Source: Candidatus Firestoneibacteriota bacterium (lineage in GTDB: Bacteria > Oederibacteriota > D2-FULL-39-29 > JBDRBU01). From it: a stretch of 51,073 nt of DNA. Each line of letters starts with the position of its first letter. Positions within the stretch are counted from its first letter, which is position 1. The position numbers were made by a program, and so were the translations under genes. The stretch lies in contig JBDRBU010000050.1 in NCBI GenBank assembly GCA_043822305.1, forward strand, positions 1-51,073. Reading direction: 5' to 3'. This document shows positions 1 through 9,335 of the stretch, piece by piece. The notes beneath the pieces were generated by a model, which was not told where the DNA came from, made no database searches, and saw nothing but the letters and a program-made list of their open reading frames with translations.

Positions 1-213
1 AAGGCAGACTTGATCATCTCAAACTCTATCAAATTATTCATTACTTATCCCCAAAATAGCCTTAAACGAGTCAAATTCAAAAAACTCTCTCATATATTTA
101 GACTTACATCATTTCTCTGCATTAAACTTGAGGAAGTTTCACAACTAATATATATTTACGCATATTTACCTCCATTTTTCAACAATTTTCTGCATGATTT
201 TATGCATATATTC

Positions 214-235
214 GCCTGATAAATCAGACAACTAC
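214..235 (-). repeat. GTAG-type REP-like palindrome (family A)
   Basis: Minus strand GTAGTTGTCTGATTTATCAGGC: GTAG foot plus imperfect stem; near-identical to the copy at 21547-21567; lies just after the stop of the 239..3790 gene. Confidence 0.7.
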
Positions 236-238
236 ATT

Positions 239-3200
239 TTACTTTTCTTTACTTTTTTCTATAACCTTCACCTCCCCTTCTACTTCTTTTACTTCTATAT
301 CCGGGACATAACAAATCCTTTTTTCCCTGTATACCTCATTCTTAGCAAAATGTGTTACTATCCTATCTGTAACCTTTGGTTTGTAATTTCCACTTATTCG
401 TTCATAACTACATTTCTTATCATCATCTATGTATGGATATATTACATATCCTATACCATAAACTCCTGATAATTTTACAACTTTGTCTTTTACTTCTAAT
501 TTTGCTTTATATGAAACTACTTGCACATCTCCCAGATATCTTAACTTTATATCTAATTGACTGTATGCTCCAGGCAAATTTCCTGACAATGTCCTTGCTC
601 TACTTTCTTCGTTTATAACCTCTACTCCATTTAATTCTAATTCATCTGAAATCTCTGATGGACCATTCATACATATAATCCAATAATTTGGCTTTACAAA
701 CTTAATTTCTTTTTCTATTTTCTTTTCCTCATCTTTTAATACTAATATATCTTCTTTTTCGTTACTTTCCCATTTTGAAACTTTATAATTTCCATTTGCG
801 TTACCTTTAATAAGAACTTTATTATATCCACTTATTTCAAACTCTCCAGTTTTGCTATCTACTATCATAACTCTTTGTCTATCTTCATCACTGCCACTTC
901 TATTTCTATACCTATCTCTTATATCCCAACTACTCCTCATTACATATATTCCTGATTCAGGACATGAAATACTTGTTTTTTCAGGTGCAAAACTATTTTC
1001 CATTATAAGTCCACCAAAGGCTACATATCTAAAATCACTTCTTTTATATATCTTACTTCCCCAGTATAGCCACTCCCTTATATTCTCTCCACTTTTATCT
1101 ATAAAACTTGGTATCCTACCATCAGAATTACTGCAATACATTAAAAATTCTAAGATTTTCTCTGTTGTCTTAAATATTTCATCAGGAATCTTAATATTAT
1201 TGATTTGACCTAACCTTTCTATTTCTATTAAGGTTTTTGCTATCTGCAATAATTCCTTCTCCTTGTCATATCCTTCTGTATTAATCCTTTTTGAAAGAAA
1301 TTCCTTTAACTTTATCCATCCTGATTCTAAACTTTCTTTTGATTTAACATTATCTGGGAATAATACACCATACCTGATTAATGATTCTATCGCTTTTAAT
1401 CCATAGTCTTTTTCATTTAATAAAATACAAATATTCTTCTCTATTGCTTTTAAAATCTCTTTCTTTAATTCACCATCATAAATAAAATAAATCCTGCTGA
1501 ACGATATTATTAAATCAACCCTATCTTCTATTTTTAATTCTCCTTTAAAATACTTACTAATGTTCTTTTTCAATTTAGGATCATCTTCCAAGTTTAACTC
1601 TTTATTAAAATATCCTTTAATATTACTTTCTAATTTAGGATTAACTTCTTTTTCGTTATATCTATATGCTTCACACCAAACTCTCCAATCTTTTAGAAAA
1701 TCTTTGTTTTCATACGATTTAAATGCATTCTTTAATCGGACATTATCTGTTACTATATCCTGATTCTGCTTCTCTATAAATGATAAATCTTTTATCTTGT
1801 CTGATTTCTTTAATTCTTCTGATTCTGTCACATAATATGGTAAATTTCTTTTTCTAACTATTATTGTAATCTCTCCTTCTACTTCTTTACCTTCTGCTTC
1901 TATTAAAAAACATAATTTCGCATTGTTCTCTTCGCTAAATGGCTTTTTATAATCTAAAATATGACTGATTTGCCAGGAAATATTTTTATCTTTATTTAAT
2001 ACTTCTGTTACTTCATATCCATCTTTTATTGAAATCTTTCTATCTTTATAATACAATTCTGTCACATCTACAATGCCCATACAAGGCAAACCTTTTGGTG
2101 CTTTTGGCTCTTTGTATACCACTTTCGTAGTTAATTTATCTTCTTCTATTTTATTAAATACAGGAATTGAATTTTTAAATGTATTTAATAAATTAAATGC
2201 TTGGGCTAACCCATATCTTTGCTTCTCTGCATGATTTGCAAATGGAGATGTAAATTGATAATAAAGATTCCTCTTCGTATTCTCCCTGCTGGGAGAATTT
2301 AAAGATCCTACAGGAATACTGTGCATCATAAACCCTTGTGGTATTCCTTTATAATATCCTTCTGTTTCTACCTGCTCTGGATAACAATCATATGGTGTTG
2401 CGTTCCAATTCGGTCTTATCCTATCCCATTCCTCTATTTCTATTACCCAATCATTTAAATCTCTATAACTTCTTTCATTGCCTTTAAAATTATAATATCT
2501 CTGGACTGCAGATATAAACTCTTCATCCGTTAATATCCCTTTTAACCAACCTTGATATCCTGCATCTAATAATACTGGATAACCTGAATTATTTATACTC
2601 ACACATTTATCATTTACTTTTATACCCTCCTCACCAAAATAATTATTCCATATATTATTCCATAATTTCTTGAATTGTTCTTTCATGCCTAACTGAGCAT
2701 ATAAATCTAATAATGGTGTTGTTGAACTTCCTTTTAAACTTCCATCCAACATAAACTCTACTCTGTCACTCCTCTTCCTGTAAAAAGAAGGCAATATATT
2801 AAACACCCAATTAGTTAATCCTTCATATTTACCTTTATTCTTGAAATATTTTGCTAATTCTATCATCCTGCTATCTAAATAATCTATCCTTGATTCTCCA
2901 CTATGATTTACCCTTTCATCACAATATGTTTTTAAAAACAACATTAAATTCGTATCGTATTTATTTGTATCCTGTCCTAATTCGTTTAAGGCAAGAACGC
3001 TATATATTAAATCTGAACCCATGCAACTCCATTTTGGCTCTTTTTTCTGTGGCTGTGGATTAAGTGGCTCAACATCTTCTGTCCTGTATAAAAATGCTAC
3101 TGATTTCTTATATCTCATATAGTCTCTGTTCCAGAAATCTACAATGCCATTTAATATTTCTATAAGTTTTTCTTTATATTCTTTATTTTCTTTTTTTTCT

Positions 3201-3790
3201 TTTCCTTCTTCCACTTTCCTCACTTCTTTCACTTTCTCCACTTCCTTCGCTAATTCATACATCCCAATACCAAATGCATCTGGAAATCCTGCACTTTCTA
3301 TTTGATATTTACCTTTTGATTGGTTATATGGAATAGGATGACGAATAAGTGGTGTCGATCTCTTAAATCTAGGACCTTGATCATATCCATAAAACTTACC
3401 ATCTCCTGCAATAAACTGCTGGGTTGGTAACCAGTTTTTTCCATCCTTATCTTTTGTACTCGTGTATACTTTATAAATTTTATCTATAAACTGTTCTGCT
3501 AATTCCTTATATTCGGGAAATCCTGTTTTAGTATAATATCTTAAATACCCATCTGCTTTTGATGGATATTGCACCATGGCTATATATTCACAAAACCAAA
3601 GACTCCCATTTACTTCACTATTCTCACCAACTAATCCAGAAAAATCATAGACACCCTTCAAATAAGTATCTAAACTTCGGGTAACAGATACCATACCTTT
3701 TAAAACTTGCTGATTATCTTCTGAATTAACAAACGAAGTAAAATAAAACAATATAAAAATTAAAGATTTAAATTTAGATAATCTTTTCAT
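239..3790 (-). CDS. Large exported protein with C-terminal heparinase II/III-like region; N-terminal region uncharacterised
   Basis: ORF track 239..3838; likely start is the ATG at 3790 (MKRLSKFKSLIFILFYFTSFVNS, signal-peptide-like). The C-terminal motifs DGRIP, PESGIYVMRSSW and FVKPNYWII resemble Hepar_II_III proteins. Confidence 0.6.
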   Translation of the reverse strand: MKRLSKFKSLIFILFYFTSFVNSEDNQQVLKGMVSVTRSLDTYLKGVYDFSGLVGENSEVNGSLWFCEYIAMVQYPSKADGYLRYYTKTGFPEYKELAEQFIDKIYKVYTSTKDKDGKNWLPTQQFIAGDGKFYGYDQGPRFKRSTPLIRHPIPYNQSKGKYQIESAGFPDAFGIGMYELAKEVEKVKEVRKVEEGKEKKENKEYKEKLIEILNGIVDFWNRDYMRYKKSVAFLYRTEDVEPLNPQPQKKEPKWSCMGSDLIYSVLALNELGQDTNKYDTNLMLFLKTYCDERVNHSGESRIDYLDSRMIELAKYFKNKGKYEGLTNWVFNILPSFYRKRSDRVEFMLDGSLKGSSTTPLLDLYAQLGMKEQFKKLWNNIWNNYFGEEGIKVNDKCVSINNSGYPVLLDAGYQGWLKGILTDEEFISAVQRYYNFKGNERSYRDLNDWVIEIEEWDRIRPNWNATPYDCYPEQVETEGYYKGIPQGFMMHSIPVGSLNSPSRENTKRNLYYQFTSPFANHAEKQRYGLAQAFNLLNTFKNSIPVFNKIEEDKLTTKVVYKEPKAPKGLPCMGIVDVTELYYKDRKISIKDGYEVTEVLNKDKNISWQISHILDYKKPFSEENNAKLCFLIEAEGKEVEGEITIIVRKRNLPYYVTESEELKKSDKIKDLSFIEKQNQDIVTDNVRLKNAFKSYENKDFLKDWRVWCEAYRYNEKEVNPKLESNIKGYFNKELNLEDDPKLKKNISKYFKGELKIEDRVDLIISFSRIYFIYDGELKKEILKAIEKNICILLNEKDYGLKAIESLIRYGVLFPDNVKSKESLESGWIKLKEFLSKRINTEGYDKEKELLQIAKTLIEIERLGQINNIKIPDEIFKTTEKILEFLMYCSNSDGRIPSFIDKSGENIREWLYWGSKIYKRSDFRYVAFGGLIMENSFAPEKTSISCPESGIYVMRSSWDIRDRYRNRSGSDEDRQRVMIVDSKTGEFEISGYNKVLIKGNANGNYKVSKWESNEKEDILVLKDEEKKIEKEIKFVKPNYWIICMNGPSEISDELELNGVEVINEESRARTLSGNLPGAYSQLDIKLRYLGDVQVVSYKAKLEVKDKVVKLSGVYGIGYVIYPYIDDDKKCSYERISGNYKPKVTDRIVTHFAKNEVYREKRICYVPDIEVKEVEGEVKVIEKSKEK

Positions 3791-3797
3791 ATTTGTA

Positions 3798-3834
3798 ATT
3801 ATATCACACCCCCCCCCCCCCCCATAATTGTCAA
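3798..3834 (-). promoter_or_regulatory. sigma70-type promoter with poly-G15 tract in the spacer
   Basis: TTGACA (3834-3829), 25-nt spacer containing G15 (C15 at 3809-3823 on +), TGA-TATAAT (3803-3798), then the ATG 7 nt later. Confidence 0.7.
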
Positions 3835-3904
3835 GCATTTTTTTGTATTTTGCATTTTTTGTGAAATATTTTTTGAGAAAATAATTGAAAAAAATTAAAG
3901 AATA

Positions 3905-4142
3905 ATTTGCATTAAAAAAACATATAAAAACCAGACAACATTACCTAAAAAGATTTCTGAAAATTTTCAAGGTGTAGAATATTTTTCTATAGAAGGAAAC
4001 AAAGAAAAAAATAATTTTAAAACCGGGAAAAATCTCTCTTTTATCAGAATCTTCTCTTTCTAAAATTCGCTCTAAAATTGTAAAATTAGGGTTATCTGAA
4101 AAAGATATTGATAAGGCTATAGAATGGACAAGAAAAAACTAA
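3905..4142 (+). pseudogene. AbrB/MazE/SpoVT-family antitoxin, frameshifted, start lost
   Basis: Manual translation gives KKTYKNQTTLPKKISENFQGVEYFSIEGNKEK, then one extra A in the A-run at 4005-4011, then IILKPGK...IRSKIVKLGLSEKDIDKAIEWTRKN*. The KNQxTLPK and ILKP motifs are typical of AbrB-fold antitoxins. Confidence 0.65.
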
Positions 4143-4186
4143 AAGTGGTTATAGATATCAATGTATTTAGATATAATAACTATTAA
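4124..4186 (+). pseudogene. PIN-family toxin N-terminal remnant
   Basis: MDKKKLKVVIDINVF then an early stop; VVIDxNV is the PIN first-strand motif; overlaps the antitoxin 3' end as in TA operons. Confidence 0.6.
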
Positions 4187-4255
4187 CAAATTTTTGAAAT
4201 ATTTCAAATAATTTAACGACTCTGACCCCTTTTTGCATATTTTTAAAAATGGCTT

Positions 4256-4885
4256 TTAGAATGACTTTTTTAAAGAATAAGACGGTAAAATTGTTAAGTC
4301 GTAATAATATGAAGTACCTTTATTACATTCTATAGGTATCCAAGAAAAATCATAAGATACAGGTTGGTATGTTATACTGTCTGCTAATTTTACATTTGCT
4401 GTTTTTATCTCTGTGGCATCTGGTACAAAACTTTTATAATCCTTTACCCATCTTTTACTGTTTGGCCATTTAGACCAGTTAGCATCTAAGTTAACACCGG
4501 TTACAGGACTTTCCCAATGAAAAATTCTCTCGCTTATACTTGTTGTAATATCTCCTTGCAAAGGGACATTAATTGTAAAAAAAGTCCATGTTTTTTCTGA
4601 TTTTTTACTATTTGAATAGAAAGTTATACTCCAATCTGCTCTACCTAAATCATCAATTATAGAGTTGCTATCAAACCTAAGAACTTTTGCATCTGAGGAC
4701 CAACTTTTTGCAAGAGGGATAGATTTACTAAAAGCAGAAACGAAATCTCCTTCTATTACTTCTTCTCCAATATTTCCACCTCCACCAGTGATAGGAGATA
4801 CTTCAGATAAAAACGAAAGCAATGGATTTTTACCACAACTAACGAGAAGCATTACTGAAATTAAAAATATAATAAACTTTTTCAT
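4256..4885 (-). CDS. Putative lipoprotein
   Basis: MKKFIIFLISVMLLVSC lipobox; start overlaps the upstream stop. Confidence 0.7.
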   Translation of the reverse strand: MKKFIIFLISVMLLVSCGKNPLLSFLSEVSPITGGGGNIGEEVIEGDFVSAFSKSIPLAKSWSSDAKVLRFDSNSIIDDLGRADWSITFYSNSKKSEKTWTFFTINVPLQGDITTSISERIFHWESPVTGVNLDANWSKWPNSKRWVKDYKSFVPDATEIKTANVKLADSITYQPVSYDFSWIPIECNKGTSYYYDLTILPSYSLKKSF

Positions 4886-5523
4886 TTTCTTTTACCCCCT
4901 TTTTCTTCTAAAAATTCATAATTAATACCTATGCTGAAATTTATAAACGAGCCATCTCTTATAGCATCTACAATATATTTTTGTGGCATAAGTAAATAAT
5001 TTATTCCTGTTTGCAAAGTGAAATTTTCAAAAATTCCTATTTCATATCCAACTCCAAAATGATAGATTGGGTCTATATTATCTAATTTTACTGATGATGC
5101 AGTTAAAGTTTCAAACGATACTCCACCACCTGCTTCAACATAAATACAACCTGGTACATCTGGCACAAAGAAATTATATCTTCCAAGTAGTTTCACGTTT
5201 ATTGTCTGGAATTGATTACTACTATCTGCTTTGTTTGTATAGTTTTGATAACTACTACTTAATTGTATATCAAAATCATTTAAAATGAAATTTCGATATA
5301 CAACTGTTAGTTCTGCTCCCAAACTTCCATTTAATACATTAGATATATCACCACTTGGCAGGCTATATGTTCCTTTTGCAGAAATTCCTAACCAGCCTAA
5401 TTGCATTGTTTCTGATTTGTTTCTAGTATTTACACCACCCCCAATTATTTTTTGTTGACTATATGATTCTAAAGATATAAAACTAAAAATAAAAAATATT
5501 AGCATTAATTTTATTATTTTCAT
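4882..5523 (-). CDS. Putative outer-membrane beta-barrel protein
   Basis: Signal peptide and alternating beta-strand pattern (YVEAGGGVSF, YHFGVGYEI, FSIGINYEF); GGAGG RBS. Confidence 0.65.
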   Translation of the reverse strand: MKIIKLMLIFFIFSFISLESYSQQKIIGGGVNTRNKSETMQLGWLGISAKGTYSLPSGDISNVLNGSLGAELTVVYRNFILNDFDIQLSSSYQNYTNKADSSNQFQTINVKLLGRYNFFVPDVPGCIYVEAGGGVSFETLTASSVKLDNIDPIYHFGVGYEIGIFENFTLQTGINYLLMPQKYIVDAIRDGSFINFSIGINYEFLEEKGGKRK

Positions 5524-5539
5524 AGTAATTTATCCTCCT

Positions 5540-7114
5540 TTATAATTTCAGCATTTTAACTTCTTTAATTCCTTCTATTTTTGAAATTTTCTTAAGTGTT
5601 TCATCAGAAAGGACACTATCTATTATTATGGTCATTATTGCCTCTCCACCTGTTTTCTTCCTTCCAAGTTCCATTTCAGCAATATTAATATTGTTCTTGG
5701 CTAAAACAGAAGTTACACTGGCAACTATCCCGGGTTGATCTATGTGAAAGGTAAGTAATATATTTCCTGATGCCTTTAAATCGAGATGACATTCATTTAT
5801 CTCTATGATTCTATTATCCTTAGAATTAATAACAGTCCCGGAGACTTCCGAAATACCTTCTTTCCATTTTATACTTGTGCTAATTTGATTTGAATAGACT
5901 GAAGGGAGTCTTCTTATGCTTTCCACTAGACCAATATTTCTCTCCTTGGCCGTGGAAATTGCGTTTACATATGTAACATCCCCCTCAACTATCCCGGAAA
6001 GTAATCCTTTTAAAAATCCTATGGTAATAATATCCACTTTCTCATTCTCAAAAACTTCCCCACTGTAATTTAATTCGATAGAGTAAGGCGCATTTCTAAT
6101 CAACTGGTTTTGGAATTTACCTAACTTTTCTGCCAAGTTTAAGTACGGTCTTAGTTTTTCAAGAGGTACCATTATGGGCAGATTTACAGCATTTGATGGA
6201 ATTTCACCTTTTAAGGACAGTAATACCTGATTGGCTATTTCTATGGCCACACTTCTTTGGGCTTCATATGTTGATGAGGCAATATGCGGTGTAACTATTA
6301 CCTCGTCTAATGAAAGTAATGGATTATTCTTTTCCGGAGGTTCTTTCTCGAAAACATCTAACGATACTCCAGCAATTTTACCGGATTTAATTCCATTATA
6401 AAGTGCAGTTTCATCTATTATTCCACCTCTGGCACAGTTTATAACTCTAACTCCCTTTTTCATTGCATTTATTTCAGAAGTACCTATTGAATTCCTCGAC
6501 TCTTTTGTTAAAGCTGAATGTATGGTGATAAAATCCGATTTTTTCAAAAGTTCTTCTTTTTTTACTAATAGGACACCTACTCTTCCGGCATACTCTAATG
6601 AAACATACGGATCATAGGCAATAACAACCATACCCATTTTTATTGCAATTTTTGCTACCTCTGAACCAATCTTTCCCAGACCCATTATTCCTAATGTTTT
6701 GTTTCTAATCTCAACTCCAGTGTATTTACTTTTCTTCCAATTCCCCTCTTTCACGGAATTATTTGCAGAAGGAATCTTTCTGGCAAGCGAGAGCATCATG
6801 GCTATAGAATGTTCTGCTGTACTAACAACAGATGAGGTTGGTGTATTTACAACTATTATACCTCTGGCCGTAGCAGCTGTAACATCAACATTGTCAACAC
6901 CAATACCAGCCCTTCCTATAACTTTAAGAGAGCTTGAGTCTATGATTTTTTTTGTAACTTTTGTGGCACTTCTAACAATTAAGCCATCATAATTACCAAT
7001 TATCTTAACTAATTCATTTTCTGAAAGTCCTACTCGGACATCAACTTTTGTTTCTTCCTTTAATCTATTTATACCCTCTTCTTCAAGGTTATCACTAATT
7101 AATATTCGTTTCAT
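5540..7114 (-). CDS. serA: D-3-phosphoglycerate dehydrogenase (long form with ACT domain)
   Basis: VIGRAGIGVDNVD, GLGKIG, NCARGG, TPHIASST and C-terminal DQPGIV ACT domain. Confidence 0.95.
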   Translation of the reverse strand: MKRILISDNLEEEGINRLKEETKVDVRVGLSENELVKIIGNYDGLIVRSATKVTKKIIDSSSLKVIGRAGIGVDNVDVTAATARGIIVVNTPTSSVVSTAEHSIAMMLSLARKIPSANNSVKEGNWKKSKYTGVEIRNKTLGIMGLGKIGSEVAKIAIKMGMVVIAYDPYVSLEYAGRVGVLLVKKEELLKKSDFITIHSALTKESRNSIGTSEINAMKKGVRVINCARGGIIDETALYNGIKSGKIAGVSLDVFEKEPPEKNNPLLSLDEVIVTPHIASSTYEAQRSVAIEIANQVLLSLKGEIPSNAVNLPIMVPLEKLRPYLNLAEKLGKFQNQLIRNAPYSIELNYSGEVFENEKVDIITIGFLKGLLSGIVEGDVTYVNAISTAKERNIGLVESIRRLPSVYSNQISTSIKWKEGISEVSGTVINSKDNRIIEINECHLDLKASGNILLTFHIDQPGIVASVTSVLAKNNINIAEMELGRKKTGGEAIMTIIIDSVLSDETLKKISKIEGIKEVKMLKL

Positions 7115-7916
7115 CTTTACCCTCCGTTACATTAATATACTTTTTTTCCAATTCTTTTATCAATTTCTTCTCGGAATTAGTAAATTCATTTAAAACCAAA
7201 TCAACATTAAACTCTTCCTCAAACTTCTTAATAAATACATCTATAACTTCATTTATATTTATTTTCTTCTTTAACAAATCTTCAAGAGTTGTGGTGCTCT
7301 CCTTAAATTCACTTATGGCTTTATCTTTATTATCTTTAAAGACACTAAACATTTTATCAGTATCATTCAAATTAAGCAAGATTGAACCATGTTGTAGAAA
7401 ACATTTTTTGCTTCTTCTTTGTGCGCTTCCAATTAGTTTTTTATCATTAAAAACTATATCGTATTTGGATGGATTAGCAAAACAATAAAAGCTACTATTA
7501 TCTTTTTCAACTTCATTCCTAAAATTCACATTAACACCTAATTCGGAAATACCTTTTATTAAAAAACTTTCCAGGACTTTATATGACAGTTCTATATTAG
7601 AAGAAACAACAGGATTTGGAAGAAAAGTTGTAATAGAATAAGTAATTTCAGCATTATGATATATAGCCCCTCCACCTGTAATTCTTCGGACAAGACTAAT
7701 CCCCAAATTTTTACATCTCTTTACATCTATTACATCTTCCGCTTTCTGAAAATATCCCAATGAAATTGTTGGATTTTTCCAGGTATAAAATCTTAGATTA
7801 CCCTCATAATTTGATTTTCTTTTCCCGCTTTCCAAAAGCAAAACTTCATCAATAGCCATATTGGTAAAACCGGCTAAATTTTTAGTTAAAAATAATCTCC
7901 ATTTACTTCTTTTCAT
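7095..7916 (-). CDS. Lipoate-protein ligase A / LipM-type octanoyltransferase
   Basis: NMAIDE, RRITGGGAIYH, KLIGSAQ, LQHGSI; adjacent to gcv genes. Confidence 0.88.
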   Translation of the reverse strand: MKRSKWRLFLTKNLAGFTNMAIDEVLLLESGKRKSNYEGNLRFYTWKNPTISLGYFQKAEDVIDVKRCKNLGISLVRRITGGGAIYHNAEITYSITTFLPNPVVSSNIELSYKVLESFLIKGISELGVNVNFRNEVEKDNSSFYCFANPSKYDIVFNDKKLIGSAQRRSKKCFLQHGSILLNLNDTDKMFSVFKDNKDKAISEFKESTTTLEDLLKKKININEVIDVFIKKFEEEFNVDLVLNEFTNSEKKLIKELEKKYINVTEGKDETNIN

Positions 7917-9333
7917 ATTTTAATATAGGATTTCTTGCTGCCTGAACTTCATTTACTCTTCGGATAGGTGTGGTCTGTGGTGCATTTTTTACAACCTCGG
8001 GATTTTCTTCTATTTCTTTTTTAATATTTATTAAACTTTCAATAAACTCATCTAATGTTTCCTTATCTTCAGTCTCAGTCGGTTCTATCATAAATGCTTC
8101 TTCAACAATTAAAGGGAAATAAATTGTAGGTGGATGAAATCCATAGTCAAGCAGTCTTTTGGCAATATCAATTGCTCTAACATCCTTATCTTTGAATGTA
8201 TTCATTGAAAGTACAAACTCATGTTTACATATAACATTATATGGTAAATTAAAATATTTTTTTAAAATCTCTTTTAAATAATTCGCATTAAGAACAGCAA
8301 GTTTACTTACTTCCTTTATCCCTTCTTTTCCTATTAATTTTAAATAAATATATGCCTTGACTAATACATTAAAATTACCGTAAAAGTTTCTAACTTTACC
8401 AATAGATTTTGGAATATTATAATTAAAGATAAATTTGTCGTCCTTTTTATCAACTACAGGGTATGGTAAATACTCTTTTAAAAATTCTCTTACGGCCACA
8501 GGACCGGCACCAGGTCCACCTCCGCCATGCGGAGTAGAAAATGTTTTATGAAGATTAAAATGCATAATATCTATTCCAAAATCAGCTGGCTTTGTTATGC
8601 CAAGTATGGCGTTAAGATTAGCACCGTCCATATACATTAGTCCTTTTACTTTATGAACCATCTCGGAAATTTTTACAATATCTTTTTCAAATATTCCTAA
8701 AGTATTTGGAATCGTTATCATAAAAACCGCCGTATCTTCATCAAGTTTACTTCTTAAATCATCAATATCTGTAAATCCATTCTTTGAATGTACAGTAACT
8801 ACATTATATCCTACAAGACTAGCACTGGCCGGATTAGTTCCATGTGATGTATCTGTAACTAAAACTTTCTTTGGCTGTCTGCCTTTATCTTTATGATATG
8901 CTTTAGCCATAAGTAAACCCGTTATTTCGCCATGAGCACCAGCAGCAGGCTGAAAAGTAATTCCATCTAAACCAGATATTTCTTTTAAGTACTCTCCTAA
9001 TTCATAAATTACTCTTAAAGCACCTTGAACCGTATTTTCTTCCTGATAAGGATGAATTTTGGTAAATCCGGATAAAGATGAAATTTCCTCGTTTATTTTT
9101 GGATTATATTTCATTGTGCAGGAACCTAACGGATAAAAATTGCTATCAACTCCTATATTTCTTTGCGACAACCGTGTGTAATGCCTGACAACTTGAGGTT
9201 CACTAACTTCCGGTAGATTAGCATTTATTTTCCTTAAAAACTTATCAGGAATTAAATTTTTTTTATAAATAAAAGTCTTAGGAAGTGAATATCCCTTCCT
9301 ACCTGTTTTACTTTTCTCAAAAATTAATTTCAT
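7903..9333 (-). CDS. gcvPB: Glycine dehydrogenase (decarboxylating) subunit 2
   Basis: YPLGSCTMKYNP, HGTNPASA, NLHKTFSTPHGGGGPG, IEPTETE. Confidence 0.96.
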   Translation of the reverse strand: MKLIFEKSKTGRKGYSLPKTFIYKKNLIPDKFLRKINANLPEVSEPQVVRHYTRLSQRNIGVDSNFYPLGSCTMKYNPKINEEISSLSGFTKIHPYQEENTVQGALRVIYELGEYLKEISGLDGITFQPAAGAHGEITGLLMAKAYHKDKGRQPKKVLVTDTSHGTNPASASLVGYNVVTVHSKNGFTDIDDLRSKLDEDTAVFMITIPNTLGIFEKDIVKISEMVHKVKGLMYMDGANLNAILGITKPADFGIDIMHFNLHKTFSTPHGGGGPGAGPVAVREFLKEYLPYPVVDKKDDKFIFNYNIPKSIGKVRNFYGNFNVLVKAYIYLKLIGKEGIKEVSKLAVLNANYLKEILKKYFNLPYNVICKHEFVLSMNTFKDKDVRAIDIAKRLLDYGFHPPTIYFPLIVEEAFMIEPTETEDKETLDEFIESLINIKKEIEENPEVVKNAPQTTPIRRVNEVQAARNPILKYEKK

Positions 9334-9335
9334 CT

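Noticed and set aside
1..175. Minus-strand GGAGG-ATG 13-codon ORF (MRKYILVVKLPQV) and an ORF start at 41 running off the edge
   Set aside because: Too short or truncated to assign; could be a decayed gene but there is no supporting motif.
10..3063. Plus-strand ORFs 10..219, 194..469, 376..618, 852..1208, 1560..1763, 2851..3063, and similar short antisense ORFs throughout the window
   Set aside because: Mostly shadows of long minus- or plus-strand genes; F/L/S/I-rich composition typical of antisense AT-rich DNA, no RBS or motifs.
3791..3838. ORF-track start at 3838 giving MLDNYGGGGG, i.e. translational phase variation by the G tract
   Set aside because: That segment is the promoter itself; the signal peptide and the paralogue both indicate the ATG at 3790.
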